This document shows, one piece after another, positions 7,958 to 18,757 of a DNA stretch of 64,000 nucleotides. Within the stretch, counting starts at the first letter, position 1, and each line of letters opens with the position of its first letter. The translations under genes were made by a program, and so were the position numbers. Source of the stretch: Bryobacterales bacterium (GTDB taxonomy: Bacteria > Acidobacteriota > Terriglobia > Bryobacterales > Bryobacteraceae); contig JBBQUM010000029.1 in the NCBI GenBank assembly GCA_038212445.1, positions 8,474-72,473 on the forward strand, in the 5' to 3' direction. The notes beneath the pieces were generated by a model. That model did no database searches. It worked only from the letters and a program-made list of their open reading frames with translations, and was not told the origin of the DNA.

Positions 7958-8915
7958 TGCTGGTCTGGCCTGCCTGGACCTTGGGTTCGAAGCCGGGATC
8001 TAGGATCTTCAGGATGGCGCGCATGGAATCGTGCGAACGGGCTACCTGTTCGGCGCCAAAAATATGGGTCTCAAGACCAATCTTGTCGGTGTAGCCATCG
8101 GCGGCGAGAGCCGCGAAGATGGCTGTCCAGTCGAGCTTCTGCGGATAGTCGAGAATGCTCCGCCCTTTAATCTGCACATTGCGCACGCGCTTCTTGGGCA
8201 ACATCGCATAGCCGTCGGGCAGGGGGACTTCCTTCATGTCCGCGCCGTTCATGACGTCCCAATTGATCCCCAGTCCCTTTGACGGAACCAGCTTCATAAA
8301 CGTCGCGAGTTCTGAGCATTTGGCTACGTTGCACGAGGTCTCGTTCTCGAGCAGCAGCATCACGCCTTCCTTCTCGGCGATGCCGGCGAACTTCCCGATG
8401 ATTTCAGCGATGCGCGGGAAGGTGGTCTCAGGCTCCGCCACCCGGCTGAACGTGAACACGCGTAGATAACGGCAGCCGAGGATGTGCGCGGCCTGGATGC
8501 AGCGCTTGAGATCCTCTTCCTTCTGGTCAAAGCGGGCTTGCTCACGCTCGAGGCGCTTGGCCTTGTTCTCGGCGGTCTCGGGTGTGCGGCGCACCGGCTC
8601 GGTGCCGGGCAGTCCAAATTTGAGCAGGTTGGTGTTGAGGAACGAAATGCCGACACCACCGGCTTTGAATTGTTTGGCGGCGGCCTGCAGGAAGGCCTCG
8701 TCGTTCAGAAAATAGTTCTGCGCCTTGTTGCCCGGAACGTCACGCAGTTCGAGCCACTTCATGCCGTAGGCGTGGGCAAAGGCTATGGCCTCTTCCGGCG
8801 ACTTGGCAATTTCGTCGCTGATGGCGCTGATCTGCGCGTGAGTAATTCCGTTTTTCGACCAGAGCGCACCGGCAGCCAGCGCGCTTAAAATCATCTCGCG
8901 GCGTGTGAGGTTCAA
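7950..8915 (-). CDS. Tat-exported sugar phosphate isomerase/epimerase (xylose isomerase-like TIM barrel)
   Basis: TRREMILSALAAGALWS twin-arginine-like leader (TTG start) and TIM-barrel family features (LELRD..., VMLLLENE). Confidence 0.75.
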   Translation of the reverse strand: MNLTRREMILSALAAGALWSKNGITHAQISAISDEIAKSPEEAIAFAHAYGMKWLELRDVPGNKAQNYFLNDEAFLQAAAKQFKAGGVGISFLNTNLLKFGLPGTEPVRRTPETAENKAKRLEREQARFDQKEEDLKRCIQAAHILGCRYLRVFTFSRVAEPETTFPRIAEIIGKFAGIAEKEGVMLLLENETSCNVAKCSELATFMKLVPSKGLGINWDVMNGADMKEVPLPDGYAMLPKKRVRNVQIKGRSILDYPQKLDWTAIFAALAADGYTDKIGLETHIFGAEQVARSHDSMRAILKILDPGFEPKVQAGQTSNE

Positions 8916-8916
8916 G

Positions 8917-10152
8917 TCAGTCTCCCAGAAGCTTGCCGTACGGAGTCAAACTGGTTACGTTATCACACACCGCTTTGATCGCGGCCGTGATTGGAATGGC
9001 CAGCACCAGTCCGATACCACCCCAAATTGTTCCCCAGAACATGATGGCGATGGTGACGACAAACGGATTCAGGTGCACTCTGGCGCCGACCATTTTTGGA
9101 TAGAGAAGGTTGAGCGCGAGCAGGTGAAACAGCGTCACGACGAGCGCAATGACGATATACATGCTCACCTGGTTGTACACGGGCAGCGCGGCCACCACTG
9201 GCGGCATTAGCGCCAGCGGTACTCCGACGTAAGGGATCAGGCTCAGAAATCCGCTCATGGGCCCAATCAGCAGAGCGTAGGGAAGCTGCATCGTCACAAA
9301 GAAGACTGTGCTGGCGATGGCGAGGAGAACGCCTAACAGGAAATTGCCGAGGACGTAGGCACGGGCGATTTCCGCCACGCGTTCGCTGCTGCGTCCGGCA
9401 GCCTGGCGGTCGGCTGGTCCGAAGAGGTAGAGGAAGCTGCGGCGCAGATGGTCACGCCAGCTGAGCATGAAGTAGACCAGGAACGGCACGAACGAGCCCA
9501 TCAGGAGGACGCTATAGAAGGAACTGACGTAGTTATAGATGTAGCTGAAGATGGGCGTCGGCTCGGGCTTTACGCGAACTTCCTGGATTGCCGGCGGCTG
9601 GGGCGGGTCGTTGGCGTTCACCCGGCCCTTCTTGGGTTTCTGCTGATTCGGGGCGACGGGGGCAGGCTCGCGGTAGCGCTTTGGAACGAGAATCGAGTAG
9701 GTGTCTTTCTCGATGGAGTCGATGCGGGTAGCCGCCTGATCCACGATCTCGCTAACGCGCTGGCTATAGGCCGGCATGTCGTCGAGCAGCGCGAGGGCTT
9801 CGGTGTAGAGTCCCAGACCCATCAAGTAGAGAATCAGAATCGCAATGCTGCAGACCAGGAAACTGGCGAAACTGCGCGGCAGGCGCAATCTCATGAACAC
9901 GTGGACCAGCGGGTCGAGGAGAAACGCGATGATTACCGCGATGACGATGGTGATGAGAAAAACGCGTCCGTAATACAGAAGCGCGATGCTGGCCGCAAAG
10001 GCGAGCAGGTTGGTGGCGACGCTGCGGCGGTGGGCCGCTGGCGGTGGAGACTGCTCAGTCGAAGGTGGCGTAAGCACTGACACGGGAGAGGGCGCTTGGT
10101 TGGAAAGTCCTGTCCTACAGTTTAGCCAAGCGCTAGCGGGTCCGCTGTACAA
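8917..10152 (-). CDS. AI-2E family transporter (PerM/UPF0118)
   Basis: Multi-TM protein with C-terminal FWGTIWGGIGLVLAIPITAAIK signature. TTG start is uncertain; the true start may be downstream. Confidence 0.8.
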   Translation of the reverse strand: MYSGPASAWLNCRTGLSNQAPSPVSVLTPPSTEQSPPPAAHRRSVATNLLAFAASIALLYYGRVFLITIVIAVIIAFLLDPLVHVFMRLRLPRSFASFLVCSIAILILYLMGLGLYTEALALLDDMPAYSQRVSEIVDQAATRIDSIEKDTYSILVPKRYREPAPVAPNQQKPKKGRVNANDPPQPPAIQEVRVKPEPTPIFSYIYNYVSSFYSVLLMGSFVPFLVYFMLSWRDHLRRSFLYLFGPADRQAAGRSSERVAEIARAYVLGNFLLGVLLAIASTVFFVTMQLPYALLIGPMSGFLSLIPYVGVPLALMPPVVAALPVYNQVSMYIVIALVVTLFHLLALNLLYPKMVGARVHLNPFVVTIAIMFWGTIWGGIGLVLAIPITAAIKAVCDNVTSLTPYGKLLGD

Positions 10153-10931
10153 TGTCGATATCCCTCCCCATGCAACTCGGCGCTGTCACCTATAACGTCA
10201 TCAAAGACTGGGACGTCGACCAGATTGTGACGAAACTGACCGAACTCGGCTACGCTGCGGTGGAGTTGCGAACCGGCCACAAACACGGCGTGGAGCCCAC
10301 GTTGACGGTTGCGGAACGCCGCGAAGTGGCAAGGAAGTTTGAGCGCGGAAAGGTCAGGCTGCTCAGCCTCGGAACCACCTGCGAGTTTCAGTCGTCCGAT
10401 GCGGCGGTGAGGCGCACCAACATCGAGACGGCGAAGTCGTTTATCGACCTGGCGCACGACACCGGCGCGCTGGCCATCAAGGTGAGGCCAAACGGATTTC
10501 CAAAGGGCGCGTCTGAGTCAGAGACTATAGCCAACATTGGTGGTTCATTGCGCGAGGTAGGGGCCGAGGGAGCGCGCAAAGGCATCGAGATCTGGATGGA
10601 AGTGCACGGCGCAGGCACACAAAATCCGCCTGTTTCCGCGGCCATCATGCGCGCCACAAAACACGACAACGTGGGTTTGTGCTGGAATTCGAACCCGACA
10701 GATGTGGTGAACGGCAGCGTCAAAACCAGTTTTGATTTGCTGCGTCCGTGGATCCGCAACTGTCATATCAACGAACTTGCGAGTGCGTATCCCTGGCGCG
10801 AGCTATTCAAGCTGCTGCGCCAGAGCAAGTACGAACGCTACACGCTATGCGAAGCGCAGGAGAGCAAGGACCCGGAGCGGTTCCTCACCTACTACAAAGC
10901 GCTTTGGACGGAGTTAAACCGGGAATGCTAA
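10152..10931 (+). CDS. sugar phosphate isomerase/epimerase family protein (xylose isomerase-like TIM barrel)
   Basis: LGYAAVELRTGHKHGVEP, IEIWMEVHG, and no signal peptide. Confidence 0.75.
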   Translation: MSISLPMQLGAVTYNVIKDWDVDQIVTKLTELGYAAVELRTGHKHGVEPTLTVAERREVARKFERGKVRLLSLGTTCEFQSSDAAVRRTNIETAKSFIDLAHDTGALAIKVRPNGFPKGASESETIANIGGSLREVGAEGARKGIEIWMEVHGAGTQNPPVSAAIMRATKHDNVGLCWNSNPTDVVNGSVKTSFDLLRPWIRNCHINELASAYPWRELFKLLRQSKYERYTLCEAQESKDPERFLTYYKALWTELNREC

Positions 10932-13330
10932 TGACTCGACTCTCGCGGACATCCGTGTCCGCGCTGCTCGCTATTTCTACTTTCGCCGCGGTGCCGACGC
11001 CGGAAAGCCATTTCGGCCATCCGATTGGCGTCGATCGCAAATTGCTCGATTGGGAGAAAGTGGTCACCTACTTTCAGGCTCTCTCGAAAGCGAGTGACAG
11101 TGTGGTGGTGAAAGAGCTTGGCAAGACGGTGGACAACAGGCCTTTCATAGCAGTCTGGATTTCTTCCGCCGACAACATCAAGAATCTCGACAAATACCGG
11201 GCGATTCAGCAGCGACTGGCCGATCCTCGCAAGACGACGCCGGCTGAGGCGGAGAAACTCTTCCACGAAGGCAAGACCATCGTCCTGGTGACCTGCTCAA
11301 TTCACTCGACTGAGGTCGCCTCCACTCATACCGCCATTGAGTTCGCCTACAAGCTGCTCACTGACGACACGCCTCGCCACAAATCGATTCTCGCCAACAC
11401 GATCTTCATCCTGGTGCCTTCGCAGAATCCCGACGGCGTGGACATCGTCACGCAGTGGTACCGCAAGGCGCTGGGCAGCCAGTGGGAGGGTACGTCGCCG
11501 CCGGAGTTGTATCACAAATACACGGGGCACGATAACAACCGGGACTGGTACATCTTCTCTCAGCCCGAGACCCGCTACACCATCGGACAACTCCACAACG
11601 TCTGGCATCCGCAGATCGTCTACGACGTACACCAGCAGGGCGCCTACGCGGCGCGCATGTTTGTGCCGCCATGGATGGACCCGGTGGATCCGAACATCGA
11701 CCCGATCATCACGCAGGCGTGCAACGCGATTGGGATGCAGATGGCGTCAGACCTGACGGCGGCAGGGCGGACGGGCGTGGCTGTGAACGCGATGTACGAT
11801 TTCTGGACTCCCGCGCGGCATTTTCAGGCGTACCACGGGGGCATGCGAATTCTGAGTGAGTCGGCAAGCGCGAGTTTGGCGACTCCGATCACGGTGAAGG
11901 CGTCGGACATTGCGTCCAACGCGCTCGGGTACGATCCACGCCAGCGGTCGTGGAATTACCTTGAGCCGTGGACGGGCGGCGAGTGGAAACTACGGGACAT
12001 CATCGACGATCAACTGATCACAATGGACAGCGTGCTGTATCAGGCAGCCTCGCGGCGCGAGGAAATGCTGCGGGCGTTTTACAAAGTGGGGCAGCGGGCT
12101 GTGGCGCGCACAAGTCCCTACGCATTCGTCGTTCAAGCGGATCAGTTTGATCCGGGCGGCGCGATCAAGATGCTTGAGACTCTCGAGTTCGGGCAAACCG
12201 AAATTGAAATTGCGGACGATGCATTTCAAGCTGGAGGCAAGGCCTACAAGAAGGGCTCTTACGTCATTCGCATGAAACAGCCGTACTCAGGCTGGGCGAA
12301 GACGCTGCTCGAGCGCCAGGACTATCCGGACTTGCGACTCTATCCCGGCGGTCCGCCCAAGCGTCCATACGATGTGACGGCGCAGACGCTGCCGATGCTG
12401 ATGGGGGCGGAGGTGGATACTGTGGAGCAGCCATTTGAAGCGAAACTCCGTGTGGTCCACAATTATGCCCTCAGCCGTCCGGGCGGCGGTACTTCGCTGC
12501 CGGCGGCCGATATCGACATCTGGCGGGCGGTGACTACCACCTGGTCAAGCAATCCGGGCATTTTTCGCGATGCGGTAAACGGGGACTTCTACTTTGCGCA
12601 GCCTCAGGGGCGGACGGTAAAGATCTTCCCGCGGCCGGGGATTGGTGTTTATCAGAGCTACGTTCCCAACATGGATGAGGGCTGGACGCGATGGATGCTC
12701 GACCAGTTCAAATTCCAATATTCCAGTCCCGACAACGGCGACATCAACGGCGGTGATCTGCAACGTCTGAACGTGATTGTGTTCCCCGATCAGCCGGAAT
12801 CCACCATCGTGGAAGGTTATCGCCCGGGCGCCATGCCGCCTCATTACGTTGGCGGAATCACCAAGTCCGGCGACGACAACCTGAAGAAATTCGTCAACGA
12901 CGGTGGAACGCTGATTTTCCTCAATCACTCCACCGACTACGCCGTAGAGCATCTTGGGTTGAAGGTGAAGAACGTAGTGAAGGGGTTGTCGAATCGCGAT
13001 TTCTACTCGCCGGGTTCGATTCTCAATTCATCGCTCGACACCAAGAATCCGATTGGGTTTGGCATGAAGGAGAACATCTACATCTGGTCTGAAGGGAGTC
13101 CGGCATGGGACGTTCCCGAGGGCGCAGGCACGGTGGTGGCGCATTATCCGCTGTCGAAAGTGCTGGCTTCAGGCTGGCTGCTTGGGGAGAAATACCTGGC
13201 GGGGAAGGCGTCGATCGTCGACATACAAATGGGAAAGGGTCACATCGTGCTGTTCGGGATGCGGCCTCAATATCGCGCGCAAAGCTACGAGACGTTAAAG
13301 ATGCTGTTTAACTCGTTCCTGCTGCGGTAG
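10925..13330 (+). CDS. M14 family zinc carboxypeptidase, secreted
   Basis: Signal peptide MLMTRLSRTSVSALLAISTFAAVP. CSIHSTEVAS (HxxE zinc motif), SQNPDG and GHDNNRDW. Start moved from 10748 to 10925/10931 at the stop of the upstream gene. Confidence 0.8.
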   Translation: MLMTRLSRTSVSALLAISTFAAVPTPESHFGHPIGVDRKLLDWEKVVTYFQALSKASDSVVVKELGKTVDNRPFIAVWISSADNIKNLDKYRAIQQRLADPRKTTPAEAEKLFHEGKTIVLVTCSIHSTEVASTHTAIEFAYKLLTDDTPRHKSILANTIFILVPSQNPDGVDIVTQWYRKALGSQWEGTSPPELYHKYTGHDNNRDWYIFSQPETRYTIGQLHNVWHPQIVYDVHQQGAYAARMFVPPWMDPVDPNIDPIITQACNAIGMQMASDLTAAGRTGVAVNAMYDFWTPARHFQAYHGGMRILSESASASLATPITVKASDIASNALGYDPRQRSWNYLEPWTGGEWKLRDIIDDQLITMDSVLYQAASRREEMLRAFYKVGQRAVARTSPYAFVVQADQFDPGGAIKMLETLEFGQTEIEIADDAFQAGGKAYKKGSYVIRMKQPYSGWAKTLLERQDYPDLRLYPGGPPKRPYDVTAQTLPMLMGAEVDTVEQPFEAKLRVVHNYALSRPGGGTSLPAADIDIWRAVTTTWSSNPGIFRDAVNGDFYFAQPQGRTVKIFPRPGIGVYQSYVPNMDEGWTRWMLDQFKFQYSSPDNGDINGGDLQRLNVIVFPDQPESTIVEGYRPGAMPPHYVGGITKSGDDNLKKFVNDGGTLIFLNHSTDYAVEHLGLKVKNVVKGLSNRDFYSPGSILNSSLDTKNPIGFGMKENIYIWSEGSPAWDVPEGAGTVVAHYPLSKVLASGWLLGEKYLAGKASIVDIQMGKGHIVLFGMRPQYRAQSYETLKMLFNSFLLR

Positions 13331-13333
13331 GAG

Positions 13334-14524
13334 CTAAAACAATCCGTGGAGCGACCGCCATGCGGCTTCAGTGGTGAAGCGGTCAATATAAGACTTGCGA
13401 CCGGCCGCACCCAGGCTGCGCCTCAGCTCTTCGTCGGCCAGTAATTTCTGAACGGCTTCGACAAAGGATCCGGCGTCGTCGGCGAGCAGCAGTTGTTCGC
13501 CGTTGCGCGCGCCCAGACCCTCCGCCCCAAGCGTAGTGGAGACGACGGCTCGCCCGGCCGCCCACGCTTCGAGAATCTTGAACCGGGTTCCGCTGCCCGA
13601 CCGCAGCGGTACGACCACCACTTTCGCGGCAGCCAGCTCGCGAACGGCGTCCTCCACCGGACCCACGAGTTTCATACCGGGGACGCGGACCTTGACGGCT
13701 TGCGGATTCTTGCCGATGAGCCGCCACTCGAGCGTCGGAATGCCGGCGTGGACCGCGGGCCAGATATTCTCGGCGAACCAGCACACGGCGTCACCGTTGG
13801 CGTGGTATTCCATGTTTCCGCTAAAGGCGATGGCGTTTTCTTCGGCGACGGCCGGCTGTTCGACACGAGGGATGGCGTTCGGGTACACCGTAGTTTTCGC
13901 GCCGGGAGCCAGTTGGTGAACGCGGCCGGCATCCTCCGCAGAAGAAACCAGGACGTCGTCAAACTTCGGAATCCATTCCCGCTCCAGCGCCTCATATGCG
14001 CTGCCAAAACGCCGGAACATGGTGGAGAGAGGCCACCGCTCGTGAGGCGCGGTGGAATTCTGCAAGGCGGACTCAATATTGTGAAGGTCGAGCACGAGGC
14101 GCTCGGCATGCTCGCGCAGCACGGTGGCGTAGGGCGCTACCCAAAAGTGCTCTGCGATGACGACGCTGTAGAAGCGTTCCGCGATCCAGGACGCGATCTG
14201 ATCCTGAAATCCCGAGAAGCGATCGATGAGCGGAGGGCGAGCTCGCAAGAAGCGGCGGAAGTTGCGGGCGGCACGGATCGGTGTCGCCTTGGAGTGAGGT
14301 TCGAGTTCGAGCGTGAGAACGTCGCGAATACGGTCGGTGGGAAAGTGGCGCCGGTCGGCCGAATATTCGCGGAACGTGATGACGTCGATGTTGTAGCGTC
14401 GCGCCAGATAGTCGATGAGCGAGGCTGTCCGCAGGGCGCCGCCGCCCATTGGAGGATAGGGAGCTTCGGGCGATACTACGAGGGCTTGCGGCCGGACACT
14501 AAGTCCTTCGTAGCGAGTCGACAT
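13334..14524 (-). CDS. glycosyltransferase family 4 (GT-B)
   Basis: C-terminal VVVVPLRSGSGTRFKILEAWAAGRAVVST...G motif (E-x7-E-like region). Confidence 0.85.
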   Translation of the reverse strand: MSTRYEGLSVRPQALVVSPEAPYPPMGGGALRTASLIDYLARRYNIDVITFREYSADRRHFPTDRIRDVLTLELEPHSKATPIRAARNFRRFLRARPPLIDRFSGFQDQIASWIAERFYSVVIAEHFWVAPYATVLREHAERLVLDLHNIESALQNSTAPHERWPLSTMFRRFGSAYEALEREWIPKFDDVLVSSAEDAGRVHQLAPGAKTTVYPNAIPRVEQPAVAEENAIAFSGNMEYHANGDAVCWFAENIWPAVHAGIPTLEWRLIGKNPQAVKVRVPGMKLVGPVEDAVRELAAAKVVVVPLRSGSGTRFKILEAWAAGRAVVSTTLGAEGLGARNGEQLLLADDAGSFVEAVQKLLADEELRRSLGAAGRKSYIDRFTTEAAWRSLHGLF

Positions 14525-15518
14525 AGACCTCTCGAGTCAATTGGGCGGTGCGTTTCCAGGTAAATTCGGCGGCACGGCGTAAGCCGCGTTCGCGGTAATC
14601 CGCGCGGGTATTCGGGTTCAGAGCCGCCTGCATCGCCTCATACCATCCGGGGTGGTCGAGCGCTTCCACTTGCAGCGCCGCGCCTCCCGCCGTTTCTGTG
14701 ATTGCTGCATCCCGGGAAGCGATGACCATGGTGCCGCACTGCATCGCCTCCAAAACCGGTAGTCCAAAGCCCTCGTACAAAGAGGGGTAAACCACGGCTG
14801 CCGCACCGCAATACAAAGCCGGCAGGTCAGCCTCACTCACCGCGCCGAGCCTCTCCACGCCTTCAAGATCGCAGGTTTCGCGCAATCTCCCGCCGACGAG
14901 AAAATCCACCTCGCAGGATTTGCGGAGTTCGCGCCAGGCCCGTACCGCGACTTCGATATTCTTCCTGGCTTCGATAGTACCAACGTATAAGAAATAAGGT
15001 CGGCTTCGCGGGGCGGATTCCGCAGGGTGAAAAACACCTGAGGCCGCCAGTGGTACAGCGACTATGTTATTCGGCTTAATCCCGAAGTAAGAGATCGCTT
15101 CGCGCCGGATGGCCTCGCTCGGAGTGATGACGGTGGTGGCGAGGCCGAGGCGTAGGATTAGCGGCGTGCGGCGTCGCACACGCGGGCTGGCCGACTGCCG
15201 CAATTCCTCACGCCAGGGCGACAGGTCATGCAGCGTCATCACCGAGCGGCATGGAGAAAGATATGGCACAGCGAAGTCGGTGCCATGGAAGATTGAAATG
15301 TGCTGACGGCGGAGCTCCTGGCGCAGTCCCCAGAGCCACCAGCGGCGTTCCAGTACGGAGCGCGGAGGCGATAGCTGGTCGGAAACCAGCAAGTAATCGT
15401 CCTCGGGAAAGTTACGGCGTAGGGCGGCCGTCAATTCCTCGACGTAACGGCGGACGCCTCCGGTGGACACCGTTAATGGGGTGCCGTCGAGTGCTACGCG
15501 AATCGGAGACTCCGGCAT
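14499..15518 (-). CDS. glycosyltransferase family 4/1 (GT-B)
   Basis: VYPSLYEGFGLPVLEAMQCGTMVIAS signature. 26-nt overlap with the downstream GT. Confidence 0.85.
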   Translation of the reverse strand: MPESPIRVALDGTPLTVSTGGVRRYVEELTAALRRNFPEDDYLLVSDQLSPPRSVLERRWWLWGLRQELRRQHISIFHGTDFAVPYLSPCRSVMTLHDLSPWREELRQSASPRVRRRTPLILRLGLATTVITPSEAIRREAISYFGIKPNNIVAVPLAASGVFHPAESAPRSRPYFLYVGTIEARKNIEVAVRAWRELRKSCEVDFLVGGRLRETCDLEGVERLGAVSEADLPALYCGAAAVVYPSLYEGFGLPVLEAMQCGTMVIASRDAAITETAGGAALQVEALDHPGWYEAMQAALNPNTRADYRERGLRRAAEFTWKRTAQLTREVYVDSLRRT

Positions 15519-15573
15519 CGCATATGTTCATCTTAACCGCTGGCTGAACTATACTCGGTTCAGCGGTCCTCGC

Positions 15574-18500
15574 ATGAAGAAAACCCTGGGCATCGTTCTT
15601 TTCATTGCAGGCGTGGTCCCTGCGCTGCCGGCTGATTCCAACAGCGCTATCGACTTCAGCCGCGAGATCCGCCCGATCCTTTCCGACAACTGCTTTCAAT
15701 GCCACGGTCCGGACGAAAAACATCGTTTGGCGAACCTCCGTTTGGACATTCGCGAGGGTGCTTTCGCGCAGCGCCGGAACGGTTCGATTATCGTACCCGG
15801 CGACTCAGCAAAAAGTCTCCTTTTTCAGCGAATTAACCATGCGGATAAAGCGCGCCGGATGCCGCCCGCGATGGCGGAACGCACTCTCAGCGACAAGCAG
15901 ATTGACCTGATCCGCCGGTGGATCGATTCCGGAGCGCAGTGGCAGACGCATTGGGCATTCACCCCTCCGCAGCGTCTGGAAGCGCCGGCGGTGAGTAACG
16001 CGAAATGGGTGCGAAATCCGATTGACGCGTTCGTCCTGGCGCGGCTTGATCATGAAGGGCTGAAGCCGTCGCCCGAAGCGGACCGTCGGACCCTCCTCCG
16101 GCGCCTGTCCTTCGATGTCACCGGACTGCCGCCGTCGAAGGCAGAGATCGACGCTTTCGTCAACGACAAGTCCGCCGACGCCTATGAGAAGCAAGTGGAC
16201 CGCCTGCTCGCATCCAAGCGCTACGGTGAGCGGATGGCCATGCAGTGGCTTGACGTGGCTCGCTATGCCGACTCGCACGGCTACCACATCGACTCTCATC
16301 GCGACATGTATCCGTGGCGCGACTGGCTGATTCGTTCTTTCAATTCGAACCTGCCGTTTGACCGGTTCACCGTGATGCAGATTGCCGGAGATCTGCTGCC
16401 CAACGCCACCCAGGAAGACAAGATTGCAACCGGATTCAATCGCAATCACATGATCAATTTCGAGGGCGGCGCGATTCCTGAGGAGTACCAGACGGAATAC
16501 GTTGTCGATCGCGTGGAGACGACTTCCACCGCGTTCATGGGTCTGACGATGGGCTGTGCGCGCTGTCACTCGCACAAGTACGATCCCATCTCGCAGAAAG
16601 AGTTCTACCAGTTCTTCGCCTTCTTCAATACGACGTCGGAGAAGGGCCTGGACGGGCGCGAAGGAAACGCCAAACCGTTCTTGAAACTGCCTACGCCGGC
16701 GCAGGAGTCGCGTGAGAAGGAACTGGAGCAGCTAATCAAGTCCACTCAGGCTGCGCTCGAAGCGCCCGAGGTGAAGCAGGCGCAGCAAGAGTGGCAGTCG
16801 ACGCTGGCAGCGCACCCGGCTGCTCTGAATCATGACGGCTTGGTGGCGCATTTCGAAATGGACGGCAGCCTGGTAGATTCCTCAGGCCGTTACCAGCATG
16901 GGCGCACGCTCGCCGGCGATCCGACGTTCAGCGGCGGACGCATCGCCAAAGCCGTTGGCTTCGACGGGCAGACGCTCGTTAGCCTCGGCAATACCGGATC
17001 ATTTGACCGAGGCGACGCCGCGAGCATGGCGGTGTGGGTGAATTACGGCGGCGCGAAGCAGCCGATGCCGGTTTTCGAGAAGATCGCCGACGCCAAATCG
17101 CGCCGCGGTTTCGAGGTCTGGTTCGATGAACCGGTGCTGGTGGCCATTCAGCGGCGGGCGGCTCATGTGATGGTGCGGCTTTCCTCCGATTACCCGGCGT
17201 CCGCGATTGAGATCCGGAGCACCCATCGCCTGACGCAGGGCGAGTGGAATCACCTCACGTTTACCTACGACGGCAGCGGCAAGGCTGCCGGACTGCTTCT
17301 CTTTGTGAACGGCAAGCCTGAAGTGGTGGATGTGCTGCATGATGCACTCGGCGGTCCACTGGCAAACCAGGGCGAACTCCTGATCGGCGCGAAAGAGCCG
17401 GACGCCAAGACGTTCTCGGGCTCCATCGACGACCTGCGGTTTTATAGCCGCGTGCTGCCGGCCAGCGAGGTGGACTACACGGCGGTGCACTATCCCATGC
17501 GGGCGATCCTGTCGGGAATCGGCGGCAAGCTGACCACGAATGAAGAGGCCCGTCTGCGCGATTACTACCTGCGCTACGTGGCGTCTCCCGACCTCCACAC
17601 CAAGCAGGCGAATCTCGCCGATTATCGCAAACAATCGGGAAAGCTGCAGAAGGAAATCCTCACCACGATGGTGATGGACGAGGAAGAGAAGCCGCGTGAA
17701 ACGTTCGTGCTGGGCCGCGGCGATTACAGGAATCCCACCGACAAAGTAACGCCGGGCGTCCCCGCGGTGCTGTCTCCGCTTCCGGCCGGCGTCAAACCGG
17801 ACCGTCTGGCGCTCGCGCGATGGCTGGTGGACCCCGCCAATCCGCTGACTGCGCGCGTCACGGTGAACCGCTACTGGCAAATGTATTTTGGCCTCGGCCT
17901 GGTGAAGTCAGCTGAGAATTTTGGTTCTCAGGGCGAGCCTCCATCGAATCCGGAACTGCTCGACTGGCTGGCGACGGAATTTGTGCAATTGAAATGGGAC
18001 GTGAAGGCGATGCAGCGGATGATGCTCACATCGGCGGCCTACCGGCAGTCGTCACGCGTCACGCCGGAACTGCTTGAAAAGGATCCGGAGAATCGGCTGC
18101 TGGCTCGTGGACCCCGGTTTCGCCTGCCGGCGGAGATGATCCGCGACAACGCTCTCGCCGTGAGCGGATTGCTCAATCCGGCGGTGGGCGGCACTAGTGT
18201 CTTCCCCTATCAGCCTGCGGGAATCTGGGAAGAACTCGCGTTCGGCGACGGCTTCTCTATGCAGAGTTACGTGCAGAGCCACGGCCCGGACCTTTACCGC
18301 CGCAGCATGTACACGTTCTGGAAACGGACGGCCCCTCCCGCGCAGATGCTCGTATTCGATGCTCCCGACCGTGAGAAATGCACGGCGCGCCGGCTGGTGA
18401 CGAACACACCGCTGCAGGCGCTGGTGCTGCTGAACGATCCTACCTATCTTGAATCGGCCCGTGTCCTCGCTGCGCGTGCCATCGAGGAGGCCGGCAAGGA

Positions 18501-18753
18501 TCCCGCGCGGCGGGCCGCTTTCATATTCGAAGCCGCTACAGAGCGCAGGCCCGAGAAACGCGAGATCGCCGTGCTGATCAAACTCGCGCGTCAGCAGATG
18601 GCCGTTTACACCAAGGACAGCGGCGCCGCGCACGAATTGCTGAAAGTGGGCGAAGCGCCGGTTGACGAAAAACTGAATCCGTCGGAACTGGCGGCCTGGA
18701 CCACGGTGGCAAGCGCCGTCCTCAATCTCGACGAGACGATCACAAAGGAGTGA
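15574..18753 (+). CDS. PSCyt1/PSCyt2(DUF1549)/LamG/PSD1(DUF1553) domain protein
   Basis: Signal peptide, then CFQCHGP heme-c type motif, then RMPP; DUF1549-like [10 protein letters not shown]...; central LamG-like block ([10 protein letters not shown]); C-terminal DUF1553 ([18 protein letters not shown]). Start set to ATG 15574. Confidence 0.85.
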   Translation: MKKTLGIVLFIAGVVPALPADSNSAIDFSREIRPILSDNCFQCHGPDEKHRLANLRLDIREGAFAQRRNGSIIVPGDSAKSLLFQRINHADKARRMPPAMAERTLSDKQIDLIRRWIDSGAQWQTHWAFTPPQRLEAPAVSNAKWVRNPIDAFVLARLDHEGLKPSPEADRRTLLRRLSFDVTGLPPSKAEIDAFVNDKSADAYEKQVDRLLASKRYGERMAMQWLDVARYADSHGYHIDSHRDMYPWRDWLIRSFNSNLPFDRFTVMQIAGDLLPNATQEDKIATGFNRNHMINFEGGAIPEEYQTEYVVDRVETTSTAFMGLTMGCARCHSHKYDPISQKEFYQFFAFFNTTSEKGLDGREGNAKPFLKLPTPAQESREKELEQLIKSTQAALEAPEVKQAQQEWQSTLAAHPAALNHDGLVAHFEMDGSLVDSSGRYQHGRTLAGDPTFSGGRIAKAVGFDGQTLVSLGNTGSFDRGDAASMAVWVNYGGAKQPMPVFEKIADAKSRRGFEVWFDEPVLVAIQRRAAHVMVRLSSDYPASAIEIRSTHRLTQGEWNHLTFTYDGSGKAAGLLLFVNGKPEVVDVLHDALGGPLANQGELLIGAKEPDAKTFSGSIDDLRFYSRVLPASEVDYTAVHYPMRAILSGIGGKLTTNEEARLRDYYLRYVASPDLHTKQANLADYRKQSGKLQKEILTTMVMDEEEKPRETFVLGRGDYRNPTDKVTPGVPAVLSPLPAGVKPDRLALARWLVDPANPLTARVTVNRYWQMYFGLGLVKSAENFGSQGEPPSNPELLDWLATEFVQLKWDVKAMQRMMLTSAAYRQSSRVTPELLEKDPENRLLARGPRFRLPAEMIRDNALAVSGLLNPAVGGTSVFPYQPAGIWEELAFGDGFSMQSYVQSHGPDLYRRSMYTFWKRTAPPAQMLVFDAPDREKCTARRLVTNTPLQALVLLNDPTYLESARVLAARAIEEAGKDPARRAAFIFEAATERRPEKREIAVLIKLARQQMAVYTKDSGAAHELLKVGEAPVDEKLNPSELAAWTTVASAVLNLDETITKE

Positions 18754-18757
18754 ATCG

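Noticed and set aside
10748-10924. Upstream extension of the M14 peptidase ORF
   Set aside because: Overlaps the preceding TIM-barrel gene by about 180 nt. A signal peptide begins exactly at the internal Met at 10925/10931.
13493-14563. 356-aa ORF on the plus strand
   Set aside because: Antisense to the GT4 glycosyltransferase. Low-complexity R/G/P/A-rich sequence.
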